Part shown: piece after piece, positions 19,221 through 29,027 of the stretch
Layout of the letters: every line of letters starts with the position of its first letter
Numbering within the stretch: position 1 is the stretch's first letter
Source of the DNA: a candidate division WOR-3 bacterium
Lineage (GTDB): Bacteria; Hydrothermota; Tepidihabitantia; Tepidihabitantales; CAIPLT01
Direction of reading: 5' to 3'
Assembly: GCA_026418155.1 (NCBI GenBank)
Contig: JAOABV010000005.1
Location: 1 to 59,379, forward strand
DNA length: 59,379 nucleotides
Position numbers and translations under genes: made by a program
Notes under the pieces: model-generated
The model's database searches: none
What the model was told of the DNA's origin: nothing
The model's input: the letters and a program-made list of their open reading frames with translations, nothing else

Positions 19221-20633
19221 CTAAATCGACTTGGGGAAATTAGTTTTAACATATTCAAGTCCTTCTGCTTTAGTCGTAATTTTACCTTCTAATTGTAAAT
19301 CCTCCAATTCTTGAAGAATTGTCTTAAATATTGGACCGGGCTTATAACCTAAGGCAATTAAATCGTCACCATTGACCAATCGTTTTATCTTAGGCTTCGA
19401 CTCGTCGGTATGTTTCAATTGCATCATTCGAGTAATGGTTAGTTCTAAGTGTTGGGTCTTACGAGCAGTGGCATAACCATCAGCATATGTAAGCATCATT
19501 AAGCCTAAATACTCGTCACCTAAATCTCGAAAGAATCGTCGGATTGCCCGGTCACTTATAGTTGGTGCAGTTGCCAAAAGATGCAGACGCATATGATATG
19601 CAATTAAAGTCTTCAACATTATGGTTTGTTTTCGCGAAAGCCGGAGATTTTCTGAAGCAATTCTTTGGACAATTTTCGCGCCCAGATTATCGTGACCATA
19701 AAAATGGATATCGCCTTCTTCGGTCTCAAATTGAGTATGAGGTTTCGCCACATCATGAAAAAGTCCTGCCAGTTTCAGTAAAGCCCGACGAAAAGGCATT
19801 GCGGAAAAATAGGCGTTAAACTCTTTGCGATACTGAGAGAAGAAAGATGGTTTATGTAGAATCATCTCTAATTTCTGATAAGTCCGTAAGGAGTGTTGCA
19901 TTACAGCCACATCAGCAAAAAGTTTACTGGCTAAAGGAAAAAGTTGATTCATTAAACCTGTTTGATATAAAATTTTTATGTAAGGAAAAGATTTGGGTTG
20001 TTCGCAGATCCGTAATAGTTCGTAAGAGATGCGTTCGGGCGCAATTGCTGTTAGATTTAATTTTTTGGCGCCAGTTAAGATTTTCTTATTAACGGAAAAA
20101 TTTAGTTCTAAGGCTAAGCGGAATGCCCGTAAGATACGTAAAGGGTCATCGGCTAATGAAGTATTTGACACAGATACAATCTTTCTTTGCTTAAGATGTC
20201 GCAAGCCAGAAAACTTATCAATTATTCGTGTTGGTTGTCTTAAGTTTATTGCCAAGGCGTTAATTGTAAAATCCCGACGCCGTAGGTCATGGTCAATCGT
20301 GCTATTGCCAAAGCCATTAAAATCAAAAATAATCTGTGCTTCATCAGTTTGTTTGTGTCCTATCACTACTCGGGCTGAATCATCTTCATGAGAAAGTAAT
20401 ACAAAACTACCTTTAATCTTTTTAGAAAACTTTCGGGCAAATTCAATACCAGACCCAGAAACCGCAAAATCAAAATCGACCGGGGTGTGGTTTAAGAGCA
20501 CATCCCGAATTGCACCGCCAACTAAATAAATCTTTCGTGAATTGATAATATGAATAAGTTCTTTAAAAACCGAGCGTAATTTCTCATCGGCTAATAATTT
20601 TGCTAATACCAAATTTTTTTGCATAAATACCAC
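19221..20633 (-). CDS. cca: CCA-adding tRNA nucleotidyltransferase / poly(A) polymerase family with an HD domain
   Basis: Head-domain motif GGAIRD...DFDF and HD motif GLFHDVAKP. Confidence 0.8.
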   Translation of the reverse strand: MVFMQKNLVLAKLLADEKLRSVFKELIHIINSRKIYLVGGAIRDVLLNHTPVDFDFAVSGSGIEFARKFSKKIKGSFVLLSHEDDSARVVIGHKQTDEAQIIFDFNGFGNSTIDHDLRRRDFTINALAINLRQPTRIIDKFSGLRHLKQRKIVSVSNTSLADDPLRILRAFRLALELNFSVNKKILTGAKKLNLTAIAPERISYELLRICEQPKSFPYIKILYQTGLMNQLFPLASKLFADVAVMQHSLRTYQKLEMILHKPSFFSQYRKEFNAYFSAMPFRRALLKLAGLFHDVAKPHTQFETEEGDIHFYGHDNLGAKIVQRIASENLRLSRKQTIMLKTLIAYHMRLHLLATAPTISDRAIRRFFRDLGDEYLGLMMLTYADGYATARKTQHLELTITRMMQLKHTDESKPKIKRLVNGDDLIALGYKPGPIFKTILQELEDLQLEGKITTKAEGLEYVKTNFPKSI

Positions 20634-21775
20634 ATTTATTTATAAGCCACTGAATACAAAGAAAAATAAAATTTATTAGTCTCAGCGGCAATATCTAATC
20701 ATAATAAAATGCTTTGGAAAAGTCAAACTTTCTTTTAGCGAAGAGTTCAGCAAAAATTCTTTATGCTCCTAAAAGAGTCAACGCAGGACAAATATATCAA
20801 GTAGTTTTATTGAGGGTAGTAAAAATCCCTATCCGATAAAAGCGAAAGGCTAACTTGTTAATTATTGATTACAGACGCAAAAATCTTGAGGCTAACTTAT
20901 CCAGCAGATATATTTATGTCAGTATTTCTCTGACTAAAAACGCGTGTCTCCTATCAAAATAATAAAAAATAACAACGCTTTTCAGAACAATATTTTTCTC
21001 TTATTACCTTTTGCACTTAAACCATACTCTCAGAACACAACCGCTTATAAGCATTTAGGCTTTCTTTATCAAAAATTCCTATATTCTATTCACAGGCAAG
21101 CAATTTGACGCAAACGACAATACTATTTCTCTTTTTAATAATATGCCGACTAAACATAAAAAGATTATGTTTTATAGGCAAAATCCAAATTAAGTCAAAT
21201 TTTATTTAACCTTCTAAAAATCAATAACTAATCTTTAACAACTACTTGCAAGGGGTATAGTGGGGTAGGCTGGATTGCGAATTCGGAACCAATAAAAAAA
21301 GAACTTTCAAATTCACTCCTATTACAACACGCAAAATCGCAGATAAGATGGTTCATAAAAGAGCGGTTAAATAAATCCTTAAAAGATTACTTAATAATGA
21401 GTTTAAGATGTCGTTTATTAGGGATCAAAAGAGAAAGTCTTTCGGGTTATAGAAAACTGCGCTCATTATGTCATAAACTATCGCCTAAACTGGTTCACTC
21501 GGAAAAGACAAAATAAAGTTTCAACCATTGATTTCACAAGATTTATTTTAAAAACTGGGTATATCTGTTTTCATCCGTGGCTGTAGAATAATGGGCGGCG
21601 ATTCCTCGGCGCCTGATTTGTCATTCTACTCCAAACTCGTTTCAACAAAAGAATCTACTAATTGGTTATCAATAAATTTCTATCGAATTTCTATCAGTTT
21701 CTCTTTAGTTTTAATAAGTTTCTATCGTATTTCTATAAATTTTTACTAATTTCGTTCTGTTCTCGCTATTCACTC

Positions 21776-21880
21776 CTATCTGACAATTACCATCTTCTTC
21801 GTCGCCGAATACGCACCTGCTTCAAGACAATAAAAATAAATTCCGTTTAGAAGTTGAATTTCTTTTTTTCTGAAGTATTT
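21776..21880 (-). pseudogene. Orphan T9SS-type C-terminal sorting-domain remnant
   Basis: The minus strand reads ...LNGIYFYCLEAGAYSATKKMVIVR*, a typical T9SS CTD tail with no upstream gene body. Confidence 0.5.
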
Positions 21881-22839
21881 TGTATTGTGTAATCGCCTGT
21901 TCTATTTACCATATTCCCCTCTTGATTATTTCTGATTTTTTTCTATTATTGGTTGTGATTTATTTTGTCCAACAAATTATTAATGGGTTGCAATTAGGTT
22001 CAGTCTACGCACTCATCGCTTTGGGTTATACTATGGTCTATGGCATTATCCGTTTAATCAATTTTGCTCATGGCGATGTCTTTATGGTTGGTGCTTATTT
22101 GGGTTTTTATGCGATATTAAGATTCAACTTGCCATTTCCTCTTGCCTTGTTATGCGCCATGCTCGGTTGCGCAGTTTTAGGAATGGTAATTGAACGATTA
22201 GTCTATAAGCCATTGCGCCATGCGCCAAGAATTGCTTGTCTCATCACCGCACTGGGTGTTTCGCTGTTTTTAGAAAACTTCTGTAGTCTGAAATTTGTCT
22301 TTGGTCCAAACTATTTAGCCTATCCCAGACCATTTCCGATTGTCAATTTTAATCTTGGGCAGTTAACAATTTCTAATATCCAAATCATTGTCTTTGTTGT
22401 TGCAATCTGTCTAATGGTATTACTGGAACTTTTTGTTTCTAAAACTAAAACCGGTATGGCAATGCGGGCCGTAGCGTTTGACAAAAATACTGCTCAGTTA
22501 ATGGGAATTAATATTGATTTGATTATTTCCATAACATTCGGTATTGGCTCAGCATTAGCCGGCGCCGGTGGTGTGCTTTATGGTATTGCTTATCCCCAAA
22601 TCAATCCGTTTATGGGTATTATGCCGGGACTGAAAGCATTTGTTGCCGCGGTGCTCGGTGGAATTGGCATTATTCCTGGTGCAATGCTCGGTGCCGGAAT
22701 TATGGGAATGGTTGAAGTGTTAAGTTCGGCTTATATCTCATCAACAATGCGCGATGCAATTGCATTTTTAGTATTATTAATTGTGCTTTTAGTAAAACCT
22801 GCCGGACTATTAGGTAAAAGTGCTATTGAAAAAGTATGA
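21880..22839 (+). CDS. livH: Branched-chain amino acid ABC transporter permease LivH
   Basis: QQIINGLQLGSVYALIALGYTMVYG is the canonical LivH N-terminus. The start is uncertain; the first ~25 codons of the ORF are probably not translated. Confidence 0.85.
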   Translation: MYCVIACSIYHIPLLIISDFFLLLVVIYFVQQIINGLQLGSVYALIALGYTMVYGIIRLINFAHGDVFMVGAYLGFYAILRFNLPFPLALLCAMLGCAVLGMVIERLVYKPLRHAPRIACLITALGVSLFLENFCSLKFVFGPNYLAYPRPFPIVNFNLGQLTISNIQIIVFVVAICLMVLLELFVSKTKTGMAMRAVAFDKNTAQLMGINIDLIISITFGIGSALAGAGGVLYGIAYPQINPFMGIMPGLKAFVAAVLGGIGIIPGAMLGAGIMGMVEVLSSAYISSTMRDAIAFLVLLIVLLVKPAGLLGKSAIEKV

Positions 22840-23819
22840 AAGCAAAATCAAAAATCAAAAATCAAATATCAAAACTTCAAATCATCGCAATTGTTGTTAT
22901 AATTTATGTTACAATCCAAGTCTTAATGTCGAGACAAATAATTAATCCTTATTGGCAACAGATTATTTGTTATGCGGGCGTGATGACGATTTCGGCATTA
23001 GGGTTAAATTTAATCTATGGTTTTACGGGACAATTTTCATTAGGTCACGCGGCATTTTTTGGTATCGGCGCTTATACTTCGGCGTTTGTTATCCGTATGG
23101 CAAATTTTAATAATAGTTTTCTCTTAATCGTCGGACTTGTGGCTGGCGCATTATTAGCAGGAATTATTGCTTTTATCATCGGATTACCGATTCTTCGTCT
23201 ACGCAGTGATTATTTAGGGATTGCAACACTCGGTTTTGGAATTATTGTGAAAGTTTTATTTGATAATGCAGATGCGGTTTTCCCGGTGCTTGGTGGCTCC
23301 AGAGGTATGGTCGGCATTACCAAATTAACTAATTTTACTTGGGTCTTTTTACTTGTTATTTTTGCCGTGATAATTCTGCGGAATCTTATCAACTCGGCAC
23401 CCGGACGGGCTTTAATTTCAGTGCGCGAAGATGAGATTGCTGCAGAAGCAGTTGGTATCAATACGACCAAATATAAGACACTAGGCTTTGTAATTGGTTC
23501 AATCTATGCGGGTATTGCCGGTGGACTTTATGCTCATCTTTATTCATTTCTTCATCCGCAAAACTTTGATTTCTTAAAATCAATTGATGTTTTGCTCATT
23601 GTCGTCTTAGGTGGAATGGCGAGTATTTCCGGTACGATTATGGCTGCAGTGCTTTGGGTATTGATTTTAGAAGGATTAAGAGTTGTTTTACCTGAAGCAA
23701 TTTTAGATTGGCGCTTGGTAATCTATCCGATTCTTTTAATTCTAATTATGATATTCCGACCGAGTGGAATTTTTGGCGGTAAAGAGTTTAAGTTTTTACA
23801 ATATCAAGAAAAGCGATGA
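22836..23819 (+). CDS. livM: Branched-chain amino acid ABC transporter permease LivM
   Basis: LNLIYGFTGQFSLGHAAFFGIGAY motif. Overlaps the livH stop. Confidence 0.88.
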   Translation: MKAKSKIKNQISKLQIIAIVVIIYVTIQVLMSRQIINPYWQQIICYAGVMTISALGLNLIYGFTGQFSLGHAAFFGIGAYTSAFVIRMANFNNSFLLIVGLVAGALLAGIIAFIIGLPILRLRSDYLGIATLGFGIIVKVLFDNADAVFPVLGGSRGMVGITKLTNFTWVFLLVIFAVIILRNLINSAPGRALISVREDEIAAEAVGINTTKYKTLGFVIGSIYAGIAGGLYAHLYSFLHPQNFDFLKSIDVLLIVVLGGMASISGTIMAAVLWVLILEGLRVVLPEAILDWRLVIYPILLILIMIFRPSGIFGGKEFKFLQYQEKR

Positions 23820-23913
23820 ACCATGTCAATTAATCCTAATTATGAGATTTAAGACGAGCGAAATTTCGGACAATAAAGAATTTAAATTTTTATGATACTA
23901 AAAAAACGATGAA
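23742..23913 (+). repeat. Tandem ~93-bp duplication spanning the livM stop / livG start junction
   Basis: ctaattatgatattccgaccgag...aagcgATGAacc (copy 1) aligns with ctaattatgagatttaagacgag...aaacgATGAatcg (copy 2). The ATGA junctions lie at 23816 and 23909. Confidence 0.8.
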
Positions 23914-24697
23914 TCGAGCGTCTGTTTTAGAAATAACAAATCTTAGTCGCTATTTTGGCGGATTGAAAGCAGTGTCAAACTTTAATCTGACCATTGCTGA
24001 AAACGAATTGGTTGGATTAATTGGACCTAATGGTGCTGGTAAGACCACGGTTTTTAATCTTATTACTGGGATGTATGTGCCAAGTAGTGGCTCAATTAAA
24101 TTTTTCGGTGAAGATATTACTCAATTAAAACCGCATCAAATCGCGCAAAGAGGTATAACCCGAACTTTTCAAAACATCCGACTTTTCTCATCACTTTCCG
24201 TTTTAGATAATGTCCGTATTGCCTATAATCATAAAGTTGATTATGGACTTGGTCATAGCATTTTCCGTAGCCGAAAGTTTCTTAAAACAGAAAAGGAAAT
24301 TTACGAGAAGGCATTAAGTGTCTTAGAAACTTTTGGATTAGCAGATAGGGCGTATGAGGTTGCAAAAAATCTGCCGTACGGCGAACAACGAAAATTAGAA
24401 ATTGCCCGCGCTTTAGTCTCAGAACCAAAACTTTTGCTTTTAGATGAGCCGGCCGCAGGAATGAATCCTGCCGAAATCAAAAATCTGATGGAACTTATCC
24501 ATTTTATTAGAAATAAATTCAAATTAACGATATTATTAATCGAACACCAGATGCGAGTCGTAATGGGAATTTGTGAACGCGTGGTCGTTATGGATTTTGG
24601 CGAAATTATTAGCCAAGGTAAACCCGAAGAAATTCAAAATGACCCGAAAGTAATTGAAGCCTATTTAGGTAAATCCGTAGAATGTATTAATAGATAA
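23909..24697 (+). CDS. livG: Branched-chain amino acid ABC transporter ATP-binding protein LivG
   Basis: Walker A GPNGAGKTT, signature YGEQRKLEIARAL and Walker B LLLLDEP. Confidence 0.92.
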   Translation: MNRASVLEITNLSRYFGGLKAVSNFNLTIAENELVGLIGPNGAGKTTVFNLITGMYVPSSGSIKFFGEDITQLKPHQIAQRGITRTFQNIRLFSSLSVLDNVRIAYNHKVDYGLGHSIFRSRKFLKTEKEIYEKALSVLETFGLADRAYEVAKNLPYGEQRKLEIARALVSEPKLLLLDEPAAGMNPAEIKNLMELIHFIRNKFKLTILLIEHQMRVVMGICERVVVMDFGEIISQGKPEEIQNDPKVIEAYLGKSVECINR

Positions 24698-24698
24698 G

Positions 24699-25406
24699 AT
24701 GTGGTTACGCATTGAAAACTTGTCAGTTACTTATGGAATGATAAAGGCAATTAATAATATCTCGTTCGAACTAACTAAAGGTGAGATTGTAACTCTGATT
24801 GGTGCTAATGGCGCAGGTAAGACAACAATTCTCAACACGATTTCAGGAATAGTTAAATCTGCCAACGGTAAAATTGTCTTTAACGGACAAGAGATCACTA
24901 ATTTCCCGGCCTATAAAATTGCGCGGTTAGGCATTGCCCATGTGCCTGAAGGACGAAAACCATTTCCCAATTTGACTGTGTATGAGAATTTACGATTAGG
25001 TGCTTATAATACTAATGATAAAAATAAAATTGAGCAAGGACTAAACCGGGTCTTTAAGTCTTTTCCGCGCTTAAAGGAGCGGTTAAAACAACCAGCCGGA
25101 ACTTTATCCGGCGGCGAATTACAAATGCTGGCAATGGCACGTGGTCTTATGTCCCAACCAGAACTTTTAATGCTCGACGAACCATCAATGGGATTATCTC
25201 CCATTTTAGTTTCCGAAATTTTTTCCATCATTCAAGAAATTAATCAACAAGGAACAACAATTCTTTTAGTAGAACAGAATGCCAATATGGCATTAAATAC
25301 TGCGCATCGGGCATATGTTTTAGAAACTGGTAAAATAGTTTTGTCCGGCAAAGCCTGTGAATTAAGAGAAGACCCACGAGTTAAATCCGCTTACTTAGGC
25401 GAATAG
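24699..25406 (+). CDS. livF: Branched-chain amino acid ABC transporter ATP-binding protein LivF
   Basis: Walker A GANGAGKTT, signature LSGGELQMLAMARGL and Walker B LLMLDEP. Confidence 0.92.
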   Translation: MWLRIENLSVTYGMIKAINNISFELTKGEIVTLIGANGAGKTTILNTISGIVKSANGKIVFNGQEITNFPAYKIARLGIAHVPEGRKPFPNLTVYENLRLGAYNTNDKNKIEQGLNRVFKSFPRLKERLKQPAGTLSGGELQMLAMARGLMSQPELLMLDEPSMGLSPILVSEIFSIIQEINQQGTTILLVEQNANMALNTAHRAYVLETGKIVLSGKACELREDPRVKSAYLGE

Positions 25407-25714
25407 ATAACACTGCATCACAAATCTCGGATAAAAAAAATGATAAATGAATTATCTGAAGCAAATTGTCACTGCAATTTCATAATTAACAATCTAAAAA
25501 CAAATTGGGCAATTTGACTTATTTAAGTTCAACTATGAAAATACTTTTTCCCAGATTTCTTATTAGAGATTACCACACATAACTTATTGATTTACATTAT
25601 CGGAAATACCCTAAACAAAAAATTCAAAAAATTCTCAAAAGAAAAATTTTGATAAGGCTAAAAATGTATATTTTTCAAGCATCCGATGGAATATTAACTT
25701 CTTAAAAATTTTTC

Positions 25715-25743
25715 TTGACAATACAATATATTGATTCTATGAT
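25715..25743 (+). promoter_or_regulatory. Sigma70-type promoter of nrdR-nrdD with an embedded NrdR-box-like palindrome
   Basis: TTGACA (25715-25720), a 17-nt spacer and TATGAT (25738-25743). The palindrome CAATATATTG (25724-25733) sits in the spacer. Confidence 0.6.
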
Positions 25744-25757
25744 GCTATTCATACAAT

Positions 25758-26231
25758 ATGAAGTGTCCTTTTTGTGAGAAAGATAATGACCGAGTAATTG
25801 ATTCGCGGATTGTGCGAGAAGGGATTGCAGTGCGTCGCCGGCGCGAATGCCGGTCCTGCCATCGCCGATTTACAACTTATGAATATGTGGAACGGACACC
25901 GCTAATGATTATCAAAAGTGATGGCAGACGCGAACCTTACGACCGGGATAAACTTATTTCAGGTATTGCCCTGGCTTGTACTAAACGGCCAGTTAGTCGG
26001 GCAACAATTGAAAAGATTGTTTCAGAAATTGAAAACGAACTGGCGGATGAATATAAATTAGAAGTCGAATCTAAAGAATTAGGTGAAATGGTTTTAGCAA
26101 AATTAATTCATTTAGACCAAGTTGCCTATGTGCGATTTGCTTCAGTTTATCGCCGATTTCAAAACATCAATGAGTTCGCTCAAATTATGCAAAAAATGAA
26201 TTTGGCCAAAAGACCATCAAACTATAGGTAA
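25758..26231 (+). CDS. nrdR: Transcriptional repressor NrdR
   Basis: Zinc ribbon CPFC...CRSC followed by an ATP-cone. Confidence 0.95.
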   Translation: MKCPFCEKDNDRVIDSRIVREGIAVRRRRECRSCHRRFTTYEYVERTPLMIIKSDGRREPYDRDKLISGIALACTKRPVSRATIEKIVSEIENELADEYKLEVESKELGEMVLAKLIHLDQVAYVRFASVYRRFQNINEFAQIMQKMNLAKRPSNYR

Positions 26232-26285
26232 GATGCATATCTCAATAATATTAAAGGATTAATTAGTTAGGGAAAGGAGACACTA

Positions 26286-28775
26286 ATGACTGATAGTTTT
26301 AATAATGATTTACCGCTTGACAAAGAGGTATCACAGTCTAATGTCAAATCCGAAATGCGAGCGGTAAGTAAGGACAAAGAAGAAAATTATATTTTTCGTT
26401 ATGTTGCGAAACGTGACGGGAAAATACACGAATTTGATAAAGAGAAAATTACTAATGCCATTTTTAAGGCGGCACGGTCAGTTGGAGGTGAAGACCGTAA
26501 ATTAGCCTCAGAACTTGCAGATAAAGTAGTTTTGTATTTATATAATAAATATAAGAATGTCAAAAAAATTCCAGCAGTAGAAGAAATTCAAGATGCCATA
26601 GAAAAAGTCTTAATTGAAGAGGGACATGCCCAAACTGCCAAAGCATTTATCCTATATCGAGAAAAGAGGAGCCAATTAAGAAAAAAACGCGCCTTAGAAA
26701 AAGCCGTAAAACAACAGCCTTTAGAAGCCACTGATTATGCTTTATTTGTTAGAACTACGGATGATAGAATTTTACATTGGGACCGCTCGAGAATTGTTTC
26801 TGCATTAGTTCGAGAAGCCAATCTGGCAACCAGTTTAGCCGAAAAGATTGCGGAAGAAGTAGAAGATGTAATTTTAACTTCGGATGTTAATTTTATTACC
26901 TCAAGTTTAATTCGTGAAGTTGTAAATGCTAAGTTAATTGAACATGGTCTGGGTGAAACCAGAAAATGGCATGCTCGATTGGGCGTTCCCTTGTATGATG
27001 TGGAAAAAATTCTTCTCTATCGTAACAAAGAGAATGCCAATACGCCGCATAATCCTGAAGCCACGAATATGACTTTAGCCGAATCGATTAAGAAACAATA
27101 CGCGTTATCGGCAGTTTTTTCGGAAGATATTGCTGAAGCCCATCGAAAAGGCGATATCCATCTTCACGACTTAGGTTTTATTGACCGACCATATTGTTCT
27201 GGACAATCATTGGAATATGTCAAAAAGTTTGGGTTGAGTCTACCCAGTGCATTATCTATTGCTAAGCCGGCAAAACACCCGGAAACACTTTTGGCTCATA
27301 TGGTAAAATTTTCCGCTGCCTTGCAAGGACATTTTGCCGGCGCAATTGGCTGGGATGCGGTTAACCTTTATTTTGCACCATTTCTGGTGGGAATGAGTGA
27401 TAGAGAGATTCATCAATTAGCCCAAATGTTAATCTTTGAATACTCGCAACAAAATGTTGCTCGGGGTGGTCAAGCAATCTTTTCCGATTTAAATCTCTAT
27501 TGGGAAATTCCGAAACATTTTGAAAATACTCCAGCAATTGGTCCTGGTGGCGAATATACGGGCAAGAAGTATGCTGACTATTTACCTGAAGCCCAAAGAT
27601 TTGTCTGGGCAATCTTTGATGTCTATAAAGAGGGAGATGCCTCAGGAAGACCCTTCTTCTTTCCTAAACCCTTAGTCCATATTACGGAACGATTCTTCCA
27701 AACACCCGGCTGGCAGGATTTCTTATATCATATCTCTGAGGTTGCCAGTGAAAAAGGCAATACCTATTTTGTTTTAGACCGGGGCGAGACCGCAAAAGTA
27801 TCAGAATGCTGTCGGCTCTCATTTAAGTTAGAAAAATCCGATTTAGAAGATGCGGACCGGCCTTGGAAAATGAGATATTCTGCAATTCAGAATGTAACTC
27901 TTAATTTGCCTCGTGCCGCATATCAGGCAAATCATCAAGATGAAATGTTATGGGCAAATATTAAAAGACAACTGAACTTAGCGGCTGAAGGTCATTTACA
28001 GAAAAAAGCATTCTTGGAAAGACTTCTGTCATTAAAAAATGACGGCCCATTAGCATTATTAACAATGGACCGAGATGGTGAAAGTTATTTAAGAATGCAT
28101 CGCGCAACCTATCTTATTGGCATTTTGGGATTAAATGAAATGGTGCAGTATCATTTGGGCAAAGAATTACACGAGGATGACGATGTCTTCTTGTTTGGAT
28201 TAAGAACCATTGCCTTTATTCGCGACGAGACCAGAAAACTTTCAGAAAAATATGGTCTGCGATTTGTTTTAGAACAAACTCCGGCCGAGTCTACGGCTTA
28301 TCGATTTGCCAAACTGGATTTACAATATTATCCTGACTGCGCTAACAAAGTAGTAAAAGGTAGTATTCGCGATGGTGCGGTCTATTATACCAATTCTACA
28401 TATCTTAATGTTGGCCTACCCATTGACCCAATTGAACGAGTGATAAAAGAAGGAAAATTTCACGATATGATTGAAGCCGGAGCATTGACTCATATTTGGC
28501 TGGCAGATGCTAAACCACCTAAAGAAGCAATTGCTAATTTTGTGGAAAAGACCTTTAGAAACTCGCATAATGCCCAAATCGCCTTCTCACCAGAGTTTAC
28601 TACATGTAATAACTGCTTTAAGACCGCTCGTGGATTACGAGATACTTGTCCTTATTGTGAATCTTTGGATGTTGACCATATTACCAGAGTAACCGGTTAT
28701 TTTTCCCGAGTTTCTGGTTGGAATTTAGGCAAAAAAGCAGAACTAAGAGATAGATATAAGGGTGGTATTAGATAA
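26286..28775 (+). CDS. nrdD: Anaerobic (class III) ribonucleoside-triphosphate reductase
   Basis: N-terminal ATP-cone region. C-terminal zinc site CNNC...CPYC and glycyl-radical segment ITRVTGYFSRVSGWN. Confidence 0.92.
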   Translation: MTDSFNNDLPLDKEVSQSNVKSEMRAVSKDKEENYIFRYVAKRDGKIHEFDKEKITNAIFKAARSVGGEDRKLASELADKVVLYLYNKYKNVKKIPAVEEIQDAIEKVLIEEGHAQTAKAFILYREKRSQLRKKRALEKAVKQQPLEATDYALFVRTTDDRILHWDRSRIVSALVREANLATSLAEKIAEEVEDVILTSDVNFITSSLIREVVNAKLIEHGLGETRKWHARLGVPLYDVEKILLYRNKENANTPHNPEATNMTLAESIKKQYALSAVFSEDIAEAHRKGDIHLHDLGFIDRPYCSGQSLEYVKKFGLSLPSALSIAKPAKHPETLLAHMVKFSAALQGHFAGAIGWDAVNLYFAPFLVGMSDREIHQLAQMLIFEYSQQNVARGGQAIFSDLNLYWEIPKHFENTPAIGPGGEYTGKKYADYLPEAQRFVWAIFDVYKEGDASGRPFFFPKPLVHITERFFQTPGWQDFLYHISEVASEKGNTYFVLDRGETAKVSECCRLSFKLEKSDLEDADRPWKMRYSAIQNVTLNLPRAAYQANHQDEMLWANIKRQLNLAAEGHLQKKAFLERLLSLKNDGPLALLTMDRDGESYLRMHRATYLIGILGLNEMVQYHLGKELHEDDDVFLFGLRTIAFIRDETRKLSEKYGLRFVLEQTPAESTAYRFAKLDLQYYPDCANKVVKGSIRDGAVYYTNSTYLNVGLPIDPIERVIKEGKFHDMIEAGALTHIWLADAKPPKEAIANFVEKTFRNSHNAQIAFSPEFTTCNNCFKTARGLRDTCPYCESLDVDHITRVTGYFSRVSGWNLGKKAELRDRYKGGIR

Positions 28776-28800
28776 TACTTTAATATTAGATAATACTTTA

Positions 28801-28955
28801 AGACTGCACGTGGATTACGAGATACTTGTCCTTATTGTGAATCTTTAGATGTTGACCATATTACCAGAGTAACCGGTTATTTTCGCAAGTTTCTGGTTAG
28901 AATTTAGGCAAAAAAGCAGAACTAAGAGATAGATATAAGGGTGGATTTACTAAAG
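28801..28955 (+). pseudogene. Frameshifted tandem duplicate of the last ~150 nt of nrdD (period exactly 180 nt)
   Basis: 28801-28955 aligns with 28621-28775. It has a few substitutions and a 1-nt deletion (ttatttttcccgag versus ttattttcgcaag). Confidence 0.9.
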
Positions 28956-29027
28956 AATAATATTTTCCCCACCTTAAAAAGATAGAAAAAGTTAAGAGTT
29001 GGACATAACTGGAACTTAAACTTACCA

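Noticed and set aside
19562-20391. Antisense ORFs nested in cca; likewise 1786-2025, 10429-10809, 11147-11368, 13498-13731, 14660-14938, 23210-23470, 35702-36222, 42833-43202 and 54791-55245
   Set aside because: They lie wholly inside well-supported genes on the other strand or in another frame and have low-complexity or odd composition. They are typical spurious ORFs.
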